A stretch of DNA of 64,000 bases from Clostridia bacterium (GCA_017465885.1 JAFTVG010000027.1:52799-116798), one strand, 5' to 3'; counted from the stretch's first letter, positions 27,670-37,157 are shown. Numbers and translations: made by a program. The notes: generated from the sequence alone by a model not told the origin.

Positions 27670-30567
27670 TTATGCCTTTTTCTTTTTGAGCACTACGAAG
27701 AGTGCACAGCCTGCAACGATCGCCAGAACTGCGATGATTGCGGTAGCGTCGCCTGCCTGAGGAGGATCGATGGGATCATTCCCCCCCTCCTTAAAGCTTA
27801 CCGAAAGGGTCACTTCCTCCTCAGGCATTGTAAAGGAGCCTGTATCACCGTCAAGGGTGATGGCAAGATCGTCAATTGAAGAAGTGATCTTATCAATAAC
27901 CTGTCCCTCGGGGATGCTGACGGTAAATTTCACGGTGTCGCCCGCATAGGCAAGGGCACTTTCACCTGTCAAGCTTTCGCCAAAGAACACCTTGATTTTG
28001 TCGGTATTTAACCAAGTCACACCCGTTTTCTTTTCGGGCGCGTCGGTGACCTTCAGCCAGCTCCAGTATGTGGAGGGCACCGTCTTGCCGTGGTATTTGC
28101 CGGCACTGGCAAAGTCCACCAAGCGGAAGGTCTTTTCGCCCACCGTTACGTCAAAGAAGAGCATGGCATCCTCTTCCCCACCGGTGGTAATGACTGCGCT
28201 TTCCAGTTCCTTCACGGTGAATTTGGTCACTTGGGTAGCGGTGGAGGCGTAGTATTTGTCAAGAGTCAAGAGGACAGGACCATAGAATACCGAAGCAAAG
28301 CCCTTTTGTGCCCGCTCCCCCGTTTGATAGGTGAAGGACAGAGCAATGTTTAATTCGATGGTGTCGCCGTTTTTAAAGGTCTTGTTGATTTCAAAATATT
28401 CACCGCTCTTTGCGTTGACCGTCTTGCCGTCAAAGGATACGGTGGAGCCGTGTGCCCAGGTAGGGATGCGCAGATTCAAGGTGAAGGCGGTGTCCTGCTC
28501 TAAGCCCGAAACGGTCAGGCTCACCTTGCCGTTTAAGGGATATTCGGTCTTTTGTGTTAGCGTCACCGTCTTGTCCCCCACCTTGGTGGTGATGGAAGAA
28601 GGACCGTAGTAGTTTAAATACAGGCTGTTTTCGCCGCTCATAACTGCCCACCCGCTGAGCTGTCCGATGCCGCGGGCGTAGTTTGCTTGACAGCAGTTCA
28701 TATCGGGGGAGGTGCTGTTATACTGGAAGGCGATATCCTTTTGCGAGGGCACCCGTCTGCCGTCATACCCGCCGCCGTGAAAGTCGGCAGAGCCTTGAAT
28801 ACCGTCCTGGGGGGTGTTGTAGGTGCAGTATTTGTCATCGTCAAGAAGACCGCCAAGAACCCCGTTGAGGTAGGAGCGCTCCAGCTCGTCGGCAACGCGC
28901 ACGCTTTGATTGTAGCGGTAATACTCGTTGGTGAGCGCCGCCCAAGCGATGGTACAGCAGGTCTCCACGATCCCCTCTGCAAAGGGGTCGCCGCAGGCAC
29001 CTTCGTTTGTGGTGAAGGTGCCGCCGTTATGCACGTCGGTCTTCAAGACGCTCTCCCACACGAAGGACATCACCTCATAGTATTCTTTGTTGCCTGTTTC
29101 CTCGTAAAGGATGCCAAGGGTCATCACCATGTGTAAAACTTCCCATCTTAGGCACTTGGAGGAGGCAAAATCTCTGCCCTTGAGAGCACAGTCATACCAG
29201 CTGTTCTTTTCGCCCTTGCAGTCCTCTTCGATGATGCGGATGGCTTCGTCAAGATATTTCTGCTCACCCGTCACTTGATACATCATGGCGTAGCCGTGGG
29301 CAATGCCGCGGTTTGTCTCCTCGCCCCCTGCCACGATGTAGCTTCTGTCCTTAAAGGTGTCGTAGATGCAGTCAAGGCATTTCTTTGCCACCTCAAGGGC
29401 GGTGTCGCTTCCCGTGAGCTTATACCATTCCACAAGACCCACGATGCAGTGATATTGGTTCCATAGATCCCAGTTGCCCGAGGAGATCGAATAGCGCGCC
29501 CCGCCAAGGAATACGCCAAGGTAGCCGTCCTTGCCCTGCGCTTTTGCAAGATCGGTAATGATCTCGTCAGCCGCATCCTTCAGCGCTTCGTCGGGGGTGG
29601 CTCTGTAGCAATACGCCATACCGGTGAGCAGCTTGCCCACAAACTCGCCGTACCAGATCATAATAGAGCCGGTGTAGCTGTTTCTTTTGGAAACGCCGTC
29701 AATGCTCCAAGCGCTCTTGGCGGTATTATGCGCATCCACGGTCGAGAAATCGTCGATAAAGAAGGTCTTGCCCACGAAATCGCCCTTCACGGAGAGCTGG
29801 AACTGCACAACCTTTGAAAGGTCAAGCTTTCCGTTACCCCCTTCCTGCCAGTAGCGGGAAAAGGCGGTGGTATTTAAAGGCAGAAGGATCTTGCCCTTAA
29901 AGGAGGCGGGCAGGGTGAAAAATCCGCCTGCCGTTACGGTTACGGTACTTTCGCCCTTCTGATCGTCGATCAGTGTGAGGGCAGTACCCGTTTTCAAGCT
30001 GTAGGACTCTCTGCCTACCGCATTTTCTTCAAAGGCAACGCGGAATTTTACGGCGCTGTCAATGTCCGAAGCATCTACACGGATTTGTAAATATTCAGCA
30101 CCGCTCCAATCGGTGGCGGCGGAGGGGTCATTGGCAAAGCGAATGTCGCGGTCAAAGCTGGCGGTGTCTGCCGCAGTGGGCACCTTTTTCATGGTAAAGC
30201 CCAGGGCTTTGCCCCCGTCCTTGTCGTGCACGTCAATGTCAAAGTGGCTGTCCACGCCAAACCAGTCGGCGCCCAGGAGCTTTTCAAGCGCCAGCCCCTC
30301 GGAATTGGCAATGGCGATCTGATCCACGATTCCGCGGTTGTTGTGGTATGCCTCGATCTGCCAGTTTTTTACGTTGCCGATGAGATTTTCGCCAACGTAG
30401 CCTGCAAGATCCATATTGGTTACTTCACTTGTCAAAACGGTGCCCTCGCTTTCTTTTTCGTCATCGGCAAAAGCCGCGGTGCCCGATAGCGGGATGCTTC
30501 CAAGCAGCATCGTTCCGCAAAGAAGGAGCACTAAAAGTCTGTTTTGCAGTTTTAAGGTTGCTTTCAT
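27670..30567 (-). CDS. surface-anchored glycoside hydrolase family 127-like (DUF1680/beta-L-arabinofuranosidase-like) protein
   Basis: The start is trimmed to ATG 30567 (MKATLKLQNRLLVLLLCGTMLLGSIPLSGTAAFA signal peptide, AAAGGAGAG RBS). It contains VETCCT and NCCQANYARG. These match my recollection of the GH127 Glu-x-Cys and Cys-Cys zinc/nucleophile motifs. A C-terminal TM helix and KKKKA tail are present. Confidence 0.75.
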   Translation of the reverse strand: MKATLKLQNRLLVLLLCGTMLLGSIPLSGTAAFADDEKESEGTVLTSEVTNMDLAGYVGENLIGNVKNWQIEAYHNNRGIVDQIAIANSEGLALEKLLGADWFGVDSHFDIDVHDKDGGKALGFTMKKVPTAADTASFDRDIRFANDPSAATDWSGAEYLQIRVDASDIDSAVKFRVAFEENAVGRESYSLKTGTALTLIDDQKGESTVTVTAGGFFTLPASFKGKILLPLNTTAFSRYWQEGGNGKLDLSKVVQFQLSVKGDFVGKTFFIDDFSTVDAHNTAKSAWSIDGVSKRNSYTGSIMIWYGEFVGKLLTGMAYCYRATPDEALKDAADEIITDLAKAQGKDGYLGVFLGGARYSISSGNWDLWNQYHCIVGLVEWYKLTGSDTALEVAKKCLDCIYDTFKDRSYIVAGGEETNRGIAHGYAMMYQVTGEQKYLDEAIRIIEEDCKGEKNSWYDCALKGRDFASSKCLRWEVLHMVMTLGILYEETGNKEYYEVMSFVWESVLKTDVHNGGTFTTNEGACGDPFAEGIVETCCTIAWAALTNEYYRYNQSVRVADELERSYLNGVLGGLLDDDKYCTYNTPQDGIQGSADFHGGGYDGRRVPSQKDIAFQYNSTSPDMNCCQANYARGIGQLSGWAVMSGENSLYLNYYGPSSITTKVGDKTVTLTQKTEYPLNGKVSLTVSGLEQDTAFTLNLRIPTWAHGSTVSFDGKTVNAKSGEYFEINKTFKNGDTIELNIALSFTYQTGERAQKGFASVFYGPVLLTLDKYYASTATQVTKFTVKELESAVITTGGEEDAMLFFDVTVGEKTFRLVDFASAGKYHGKTVPSTYWSWLKVTDAPEKKTGVTWLNTDKIKVFFGESLTGESALAYAGDTVKFTVSIPEGQVIDKITSSIDDLAITLDGDTGSFTMPEEEVTLSVSFKEGGNDPIDPPQAGDATAIIAVLAIVAGCALFVVLKKKKA

Positions 30568-30734
30568 CACAAACTCTCCTTTTGGTGTCTTTATGATGCT
30601 TTTATTATAGAGCCTCTTTACGGATTTTGCAAGAATAACTTCGGTTTTTGTAAAAACGCGCTCTTTGTTTCGGCGAAAGCCGAAGTCTTTTCTTAAAAGC
30701 AAGGCGCTCGCGGGGAGCGCCTGAAAAACGGAGA

Positions 30735-32345
30735 TTAAACGTCCTGCCGATTCTTTTTCCGCTCTGCCATCAGATCCTCAAAGGAGAGCCCGTAGCGCTT
30801 GGCGATGTCCTTGGCGTAGCTCTTGCCGTCGGGCAGGGTGCGGTGGATCTTGTAGGAGCGTTTGCCCCCCTCTTCAACGCCTGCCACCAGATTGTCGATC
30901 TTGGAGCGGCAGGAGGGCAGGGCGTTTAATTCCTGCACGCTGCCCGCCAGCTCGTGGATGTGGGTGGCAAAGATGCCTCGGCATCCAAAGGCGGAAAGGG
31001 CAAGGAGCAGCTCCTTACCGATGGCGGCTGCCTCCAGAGAGTCGGTGGAGGACAGCGTTTCGTCCATTAAAACCAGACTGTATTCCCCGAGGGTTGAAAA
31101 CATATCCTTTAAGCGGGCGCACTCCTCGCCAAGCCGTCCCTTGCCCACGGTGGAGTCGGAAAAGGTGGCAAAATGGGTGTAAATACGTTCCACGGGGCTG
31201 ATCTTGGCACTTTTTGCCGCCACAGGCAGACCCAGCTGAAACATGATCTGGGCAATGCCCGCCGCCTGCAGGATCACCGATTTGCCTCCGCGGTTGGGGC
31301 CTGTGAGGACGTAGAGCATCCCCTGCTCGTCAAAGGAAAGATCGTTTAAAACGATCTGCGCTTTTGGGTCCTTTTGCCTCAGCTTTTCGGCAACGGCGGG
31401 ATTATAAAGTCCCTCTGCCGCAAAGCATTTTTCTTCCTTGGGGCGTGCCTTGGGGGTGCAAAGGGGAAGCTTGAGCTCCCGAAGCCTTCCGATGATCTGC
31501 GCACCGCTTGCAAGATAGCGGAATTCGGTGCTGAGTGCCAGCCAGGGAGCGGTGTTCATTGCAAAATACTTTTTGAGCATTGCCTGCCAGCCCCTCAGAC
31601 CCGAGGAGACGATTTTCTTCAGCGCATCACCCACCGAAATGTTCAGCGCCGCCGCTTCTCTTGGGGTAAAGGCTCTTCCCGTAACGTAAAGGGGGGCAAG
31701 GGTGGTCATTTCTCCCTTTTCCTCCATCCGCAAAAAACGGCTGACCAGGTCGCCCGAATGGAAGTATTCCTCGTTTACCGAAAGGATGCCCGACTCGTAG
31801 GGTGTCAGATTGGCGTCTAAATTGATGCCCACCGTCAGACTCTTGATGCCGCTGATCTTGTGGGAGAGGGTGGAGACCCCCTTGCGCAACGCCTGATGCT
31901 CGGGATTTTCCCATTCTTCCTTCACCCGATCTGCAAGGGTCAAGAATGCCTCGGAGGAAAGCCGTCCTTCAAGCCCGCCCAAGCCCTCGTGCAGTCGGTT
32001 TATAAAATCAAGATACAGCTCCACCTCCTTGATGGAGTAGAGCATGGTCTCGTTGGTCTGCCCGCTTTCCTTCACCTTGCGCAGAGCGTCGATGCTTTCA
32101 AGGGTCTCGGCGCATTCGGCGCACAGCGCGGACAGGTCGGGCAGAGCCATCAGATCGGCAAAGGCCTGCTCGCGGTAACGGATGGTTTCCACGTCGTCGC
32201 TGACGTAGGCAATCCAGTCGATTCCGCGGGCGTAAAGAAGCCAGCCCGCATCAAGCTGTTTGATGGTCTCTTCAATATTGCAAAAGGAAAGAGGGTGGTG
32301 CTGTTGCGGTGTTTTGTAGATCAGAGAGAAAAAGGATCGTTCCAT
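30735..32345 (-). CDS. MutS-related ATPase (MutS domain V only)
   Basis: 536 aa. Walker A LTGPNRGGKSV, Walker B LVLMDETLSSTD, and the MutS-type THIHEL motif. I recognised no mismatch-binding N-terminal domain and no Smr domain. Confidence 0.8.
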   Translation of the reverse strand: MERSFFSLIYKTPQQHHPLSFCNIEETIKQLDAGWLLYARGIDWIAYVSDDVETIRYREQAFADLMALPDLSALCAECAETLESIDALRKVKESGQTNETMLYSIKEVELYLDFINRLHEGLGGLEGRLSSEAFLTLADRVKEEWENPEHQALRKGVSTLSHKISGIKSLTVGINLDANLTPYESGILSVNEEYFHSGDLVSRFLRMEEKGEMTTLAPLYVTGRAFTPREAAALNISVGDALKKIVSSGLRGWQAMLKKYFAMNTAPWLALSTEFRYLASGAQIIGRLRELKLPLCTPKARPKEEKCFAAEGLYNPAVAEKLRQKDPKAQIVLNDLSFDEQGMLYVLTGPNRGGKSVILQAAGIAQIMFQLGLPVAAKSAKISPVERIYTHFATFSDSTVGKGRLGEECARLKDMFSTLGEYSLVLMDETLSSTDSLEAAAIGKELLLALSAFGCRGIFATHIHELAGSVQELNALPSCRSKIDNLVAGVEEGGKRSYKIHRTLPDGKSYAKDIAKRYGLSFEDLMAERKKNRQDV

Positions 32346-32354
32346 AAGTCCTCC

Positions 32355-32690
32355 TTAAAGCAGAGAGATGAGCGCCAGCACACCGCATCGAATGAAAAAG
32401 GATGCGGCAAGAAAGGGCAGATTTAAAAGAAAGAGTGTGAGCAAAAAGGGAAAAAGCTTGTAGCCGTGGCGTCGGCATCTGACAAAGAGCTTGTGGTAAA
32501 GCAAAAGGCAGAGGGCGTATATCGGCACCATCAGCCCGAATAAAAAGAGATTAGCCGAAAGGATATAGGCGGCAAAGGCGATGAGGGTGATCTTCACCGC
32601 CTGCAAAAGCAGGGCACCGTGGGGCGAGAGGATATAATATACCGTGCCGTCGTCGTTGATGCGATCGACCTGCCGTTCTCGTGCGCTCAT
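32355..32690 (-). CDS. small membrane protein, function unknown
   Basis: The start is trimmed to ATG 32690 (MSARERQ...), preceded by AAAGGAGGAAAG. Three hydrophobic segments. A 10-nt gap separates it from the MutS-related gene. Confidence 0.55.
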   Translation of the reverse strand: MSARERQVDRINDDGTVYYILSPHGALLLQAVKITLIAFAAYILSANLFLFGLMVPIYALCLLLYHKLFVRCRRHGYKLFPFLLTLFLLNLPFLAASFFIRCGVLALISLL

Positions 32691-32993
32691 CTTTCCTCCT
32701 TTTTTCTGTGGCTTGACAGACCCTTCACTTTTCTGTATACTTATTTTACACCATACGCCCCCTTTTGTCAACGGCAGACCTGTCAAAAGGGCTCAACCAT
32801 CGGTTGAGGGCAAAAATTTTACAGCTTGAAAACAAAAAATCCGCCGCAAGGGCGATCAAAAGAGGGAGCGGGAAAAGAGTTGTAAAAAAATATAAAAAAT
32901 TTCAAAAGTGCGTTGATTTCTTTCAAAAAAAACTGACATATATAGCAGAGGATGCAAGACTGTGTCTAAAACAATAAAAAAGGAGGATATTCT

Positions 32994-35891
32994 ATGAAGT
33001 ACGCTTTGAAGATCTGTTGTGTTTTGCTTTCCGCACTGTTTTTGCTTTCGCTTGGGATCTTGCCCTCCACGGCGACGGAAGAAGCACCTGCATACGCCTA
33101 TGCGGACGGCGTTTTTCTGGCGCTCACAAGCCGCGGATACGTGGTAACGGGCGTTGCCGACGATGCCCTTGAGGGGGGAGAACTGATCATTCCCCAAGAA
33201 TACGCAGGCGTTTTAGTCACCTTCATCGATGAGGAGGCTTTTGTAAACAACGACACCATTACAAGAGTGGTCATCCCGGGAAGCGTGCGTACCATTGGAA
33301 GATGGAGCTTTAACAATTGTACCCGTCTTGAGGAGGTCGTGATCGAACAAGGAGTTCAGACCATAGGATTTGGTGCATTCGTTGCTTGTCCTGTTTTGAA
33401 AAAGATCAATATCCCCAAAAGCGTGAAGACGATCGAGGGACATATGCTGGGATATTGTCCCGAGCTTGCGCAGGTGGACGTGGAAGAGGGAAATCCCCGT
33501 TACGGTGTGATCAACGAGTGTTTGGTGGATCTTGAAACAAAGACGCTTCTGTATTTTCTCACCGAAACCGCCACCATCCCCGACGACGGCAGGGTGAGCT
33601 CCATTGGTATGTGTGCGGGAACTGCCGCGGGTGGGCAGAGAATGAAGGAGCTGACCGTTCCGGCATCGGTGAAAACGCTGGAGGATACGCCCTTTGGAAA
33701 TATGCAAATGTTGAAAAAAGTAGTCTTTGAGGGTGAGATCGACCACGTGAGAGTATACACCTTTCAAAACTGTACTGCTTTAGAGGAAATTGTTTTCCCG
33801 AAAAAGGTCAAGACTCTGGAGTTTCGCAGCATAGAGGATTGCATTGGGTTAAAGAGGATCGTTTTGCCGCAGATCATTGAGGAGAAGCTGGAGTTCAGCA
33901 GGATCGGCGGTGTCTCAATTGAAGAAATGATCTTTCCTGAGGGGTGGCAGTATGCCGGCTTTGAGACGATGACCGTCAAGGATCATATGATCATTTCAGA
34001 TCAAAAGCTGTTGTTTGCTTGGGGAGACGTTGTTTTGCCCGATGACGGAAGCATCACGACGATCGGCGCGCGTTCCTGCTCCGCGGCGCGTATTGGGGAC
34101 GAGTTGATCTTACCCGAGTGCATTACCGTCATCGAAGAATACGCTTTTTCTCAAAACGCTTCTCTGGAAAAGGTAACGCTGGGAAAAAGCATTCAAAACC
34201 TTGGAACAGGTGCATTTTCCCATTGCAAGAACCTTCGTGAGGTGCAGATCGATACCCCCCATACCACTTGGGGTATGAATGTGTTTAGTGGGTGTAGCGG
34301 TCTTGAGAAGGTGACCCTTCAGCCGGGACTTGAAAGCATTGCGCACGGAACCTTTTACGGCTGTAAAGCACTAAAGGAGATCGACCTTCCGCAAAGTGTG
34401 AAAACCGTCGGACAAAGCGCGTTTCGGGGGTGCGGCTTGGAGGAGCTGACTTTAAAGGAGGGCGTAAGGGTTCTTGAGAGTAATGCGTTTTCCTCGACCG
34501 CCCTTAAAAGCATCTCCTTGCACGAGGGACTTGTGGAGATTGAAGAATCTTGCTTTGGATATTGCAAGGATTTGAAGGAGGTTTCGCTCCCCTCAACGCT
34601 GAGCAGTATCGGTAAAAGTGCCTTTTTAGGCTGCACGTCCCTTGAAGAGGTGGTCCTGCCCGAGGGATTGAAAACGCTTGGAGTAGGTGTCTTTGGAGGA
34701 TGCACGCGCTTGAAAAAGGTGGTTTTCTTCGGCAAATTGGAGACTCTGCCCGGCAGTACGTTTTCTGACTGTCCGACGCTTACCGATGTGGTTTTGGCAG
34801 AGGGATTGAAGCATATTGAAAAAAAGGCATTTGTGAACTGTCCTTCTCTTGAAAGGCTGGAGCTTCCCCTATCGTTGCAGACGGTGGCGGGCGGCGCCTT
34901 TGAAGGGTGCACTGCGTTGAACACCTTCGTTCTTCCGAAGGGCTCTGCGCTGAGATGGGTGAATGGATGCTTGCTGTCGGGAACCGTTCTGGTGCGGGGC
35001 ACAAAGGGGTGCAGTCTTCCGGAGCTTGGCTATGCCGAGATCGGTGCATACGCCTTTGAGGGCTCGGATATTGAAGAGGTCTGCCTGCCTGTCAATTTCA
35101 GAATTATGAGAGAGCATGCGTTTAAGGATTGCAAAAAGCTGAGAAAGATCACCTTTCCTGCAGATTGTCTGCCCGGAAGCTTAAGCTCAACGGTAACGGT
35201 GGAAACTTGGTTTACGGGATGCGCTTCCTTGGAGGAGATCCGCATAACGGGTGACAAGAGATGGTATTCTGATGAGGATGGCTTGGCGTTGATCGACCAA
35301 AGATTTGATAGAGTGCTTGTGGGAACGACCTCGGGGTATATTCCCGATGATGGCATTGTGAATGAGATCGGAAGGCGCGCTTTTGCAGGGCGGCGCTTGC
35401 CCGAAAGGCTGGAAATTCCCGCAAATATCACCTGGATCCTACCTTCGGCGTTTGCGGGTGCCTTGAACGTGGAGGAGATCGTGGTACAAAGCGATCGCTT
35501 GAGCATAGACAGCAACGCCTTTTCGAATATGCCCGATTTGCGTCGATTGAAGAGCGAAAGCACGAACGACGCGCCGCAGAGCATCAGCCTTCGATATGAC
35601 GCGTTTACGGGAAGCGAAGGTCTTGAGGAGCTTTGGCTGCCTCAAAGTACAGGCTTTAGTGATAAGGTTCTTGTGGGCTTTGATGGCTTGACTGTGTATT
35701 ATCGGGGCACGGAGGATCAGTGGCATCAGATCGTTAAGGGGCGCCTTGATAAGGGGGAAGTGGTCTTTTTGGTAGAAGATCCTCCCCGAACGGGCGACGG
35801 TACGCCGCTGTTGTTCCTTGCGGCAGGGGCAAGCGGGCTATTTGCCGTGGCTCTCTTGGTGCTCCAAAAGCGGAAAAAGAAGGTTCTTTGA
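32994..35891 (+). CDS. BspA-type leucine-rich-repeat surface protein
   Basis: 965 aa with a signal peptide. It carries dozens of ~23-aa repeats of the form IP.SV..IG..AF..C..L..V.L. The C-terminus is DPPRTGDGT + hydrophobic helix + KRKKKVL. Confidence 0.88.
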   Translation: MKYALKICCVLLSALFLLSLGILPSTATEEAPAYAYADGVFLALTSRGYVVTGVADDALEGGELIIPQEYAGVLVTFIDEEAFVNNDTITRVVIPGSVRTIGRWSFNNCTRLEEVVIEQGVQTIGFGAFVACPVLKKINIPKSVKTIEGHMLGYCPELAQVDVEEGNPRYGVINECLVDLETKTLLYFLTETATIPDDGRVSSIGMCAGTAAGGQRMKELTVPASVKTLEDTPFGNMQMLKKVVFEGEIDHVRVYTFQNCTALEEIVFPKKVKTLEFRSIEDCIGLKRIVLPQIIEEKLEFSRIGGVSIEEMIFPEGWQYAGFETMTVKDHMIISDQKLLFAWGDVVLPDDGSITTIGARSCSAARIGDELILPECITVIEEYAFSQNASLEKVTLGKSIQNLGTGAFSHCKNLREVQIDTPHTTWGMNVFSGCSGLEKVTLQPGLESIAHGTFYGCKALKEIDLPQSVKTVGQSAFRGCGLEELTLKEGVRVLESNAFSSTALKSISLHEGLVEIEESCFGYCKDLKEVSLPSTLSSIGKSAFLGCTSLEEVVLPEGLKTLGVGVFGGCTRLKKVVFFGKLETLPGSTFSDCPTLTDVVLAEGLKHIEKKAFVNCPSLERLELPLSLQTVAGGAFEGCTALNTFVLPKGSALRWVNGCLLSGTVLVRGTKGCSLPELGYAEIGAYAFEGSDIEEVCLPVNFRIMREHAFKDCKKLRKITFPADCLPGSLSSTVTVETWFTGCASLEEIRITGDKRWYSDEDGLALIDQRFDRVLVGTTSGYIPDDGIVNEIGRRAFAGRRLPERLEIPANITWILPSAFAGALNVEEIVVQSDRLSIDSNAFSNMPDLRRLKSESTNDAPQSISLRYDAFTGSEGLEELWLPQSTGFSDKVLVGFDGLTVYYRGTEDQWHQIVKGRLDKGEVVFLVEDPPRTGDGTPLLFLAAGASGLFAVALLVLQKRKKKVL

Positions 35892-35904
35892 CCCTCACAA
35901 AACA

Positions 35905-36312
35905 AAAATCCCGTTGCCCTTGGCGTGATACTCTTAACGGAGTATCACGCCGGTTCTATTCGCCTCTCGGCGAGTTCTATTGCTTCGCAGTGATATTCGG
36001 CTTACGCCGAGTGATATTCGCGGCTCACGCAGTGAGCATCGCGAGCTTTCAGGGCGAATAGAATATCACTGTGAGGCGTAGCCGAACAATATCACTGCCC
36101 GCAAGGGCAATATCACTCTTTGCGAAAGCAAAGAATATCACTCATAGACAGCAGAAAAAGAGAGAGTCTTACGGAATTTTGCTTCCGAAGCACTCTCTCT
36201 TCTGTTTTTATTGCAAGTTTCGCATTTGTTTTACAAATGCATCGGGCTGCGCCCATACCCCTTATAAAACTTCTCCGATAAGGACATCACCCATTTTGGG
36301 CAACGGGTGTGT
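35905..36312. repeat. nested inverted-repeat / multi-hairpin intergenic element
   Basis: A 12-bp perfect hairpin, GGCGTGATACTC/GAGTATCACGCC, lies at 35922-35951. AGTGATATT occurs at 35989 and 36010, with a degenerate copy at 36031. Its complement AATATCACT occurs at 36062, 36088, 36109 and 36134. Short GC hairpins lie between copies. TTCTATTCGCC (35955) pairs with GGCGAATAGAA (36053). The outer inverted repeat is CCCGTTGCCC (35910) and GGGCAACGGG (36299). Confidence 0.8.
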
Positions 36313-36318
36313 TTTTGC

Positions 36319-36663
36319 TTAGTCTGCGGTGTAGGGCAGAAGTGCAACGACTCTTGCTCTCTTGATCGCAGTGGTCAGCTGACGCTGGTGCATAGCGCAG
36401 GTGCCGGTGATTCTTCTGGGAAGAATCTTGCCGCGCTCGGAAGTGAACTTTCTGAGCTTGTTTGCATCCTTGTAGTCAATGCACTTCACTTTTTCTACGC
36501 AGAATACGCAAACCTTTCTTCTCTTGCGGTTAGCGGCGTTCTGACGGTAGGGCGCCTTTGCGGGCTTCTCTTCTGCAGGAGCTGCAGCTTCAGCTACGGG
36601 CGCTTCGGTAGTAGCTTCAGGGGCAACGGTCTCTTCGGTTGCCACAATCTTTTCGTTATCCAT
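36319..36663 (-). CDS. rpsR: 30S ribosomal protein S18 (with acidic Ala/Pro/Glu-rich N-terminal extension)
   Basis: The C-terminal 75 aa ([21 protein letters not shown]...[29 protein letters not shown]) are canonical S18. Position rpsF-ssb-rpsR. Confidence 0.93.
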   Translation of the reverse strand: MDNEKIVATEETVAPEATTEAPVAEAAAPAEEKPAKAPYRQNAANRKRRKVCVFCVEKVKCIDYKDANKLRKFTSERGKILPRRITGTCAMHQRQLTTAIKRARVVALLPYTAD

Positions 36664-36687
36664 CTTGCGAAATCCTCCTTTTAAATT

Positions 36688-37143
36688 TTAGAACGGAAGA
36701 TCGTCTTCATTTTCTACTTGCTCGAAATGAGACGCATCCTCTGCGGGGCTTGCAAAACCGCCCTGGTCGCCTGCGTAGGGGTTATAGCCTGCGCTCTGAC
36801 CGCCGCGGTTTTCCGATGCGCTGTCAACGAAGTTTGCTTCGTCAACGATGACTTCGGTGGCGTATCTCTTCTGGTTGTTCTGGTCGGTCCAGCTTCTTAC
36901 CTGGATGTTGCCGACGATGCAGATGCAAGAGCCCTTGTGGAAATAGCGGGAAATGAATTCCGCAGTCTGTCTCCAAGCGACGCAATTGATGAAATCGGTC
37001 TTCTGCTCGGCACCTTTTGCAACTCTTCTGTTTACTGCCACCGAGAATGAAACAACGGGAGTGCCATTGGGGGTCTGCTTCAGTTCGGGCTCAGCGGTCA
37101 GTCTGCCGCCGAGGATCACCTTATTGAAATTGAAATTAGCCAT
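36688..37143 (-). CDS. ssb: single-stranded DNA-binding protein
   Basis: 151 aa. OB fold MANFNFNKVILGGRLTAEPELKQTPNGTPVVSFSVAVNR, a Gly/Gln-rich linker, and an acidic tip ending DDLPF. Confidence 0.95.
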   Translation of the reverse strand: MANFNFNKVILGGRLTAEPELKQTPNGTPVVSFSVAVNRRVAKGAEQKTDFINCVAWRQTAEFISRYFHKGSCICIVGNIQVRSWTDQNNQKRYATEVIVDEANFVDSASENRGGQSAGYNPYAGDQGGFASPAEDASHFEQVENEDDLPF

Positions 37144-37157
37144 CCCTTTGTCCTCTC

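Noticed and set aside
27670-30702. Upstream 45-codon extension of the GH127-like ORF
   Set aside because: The extension lacks an RBS and precedes a textbook signal peptide that starts at ATG 30567, which has a good RBS.
36071-36684. Plus-strand ORFs 36071-36322 and 36307-36684
   Set aside because: The first lies entirely in the hairpin/repeat element and terminator region. The second is antisense to rpsR.
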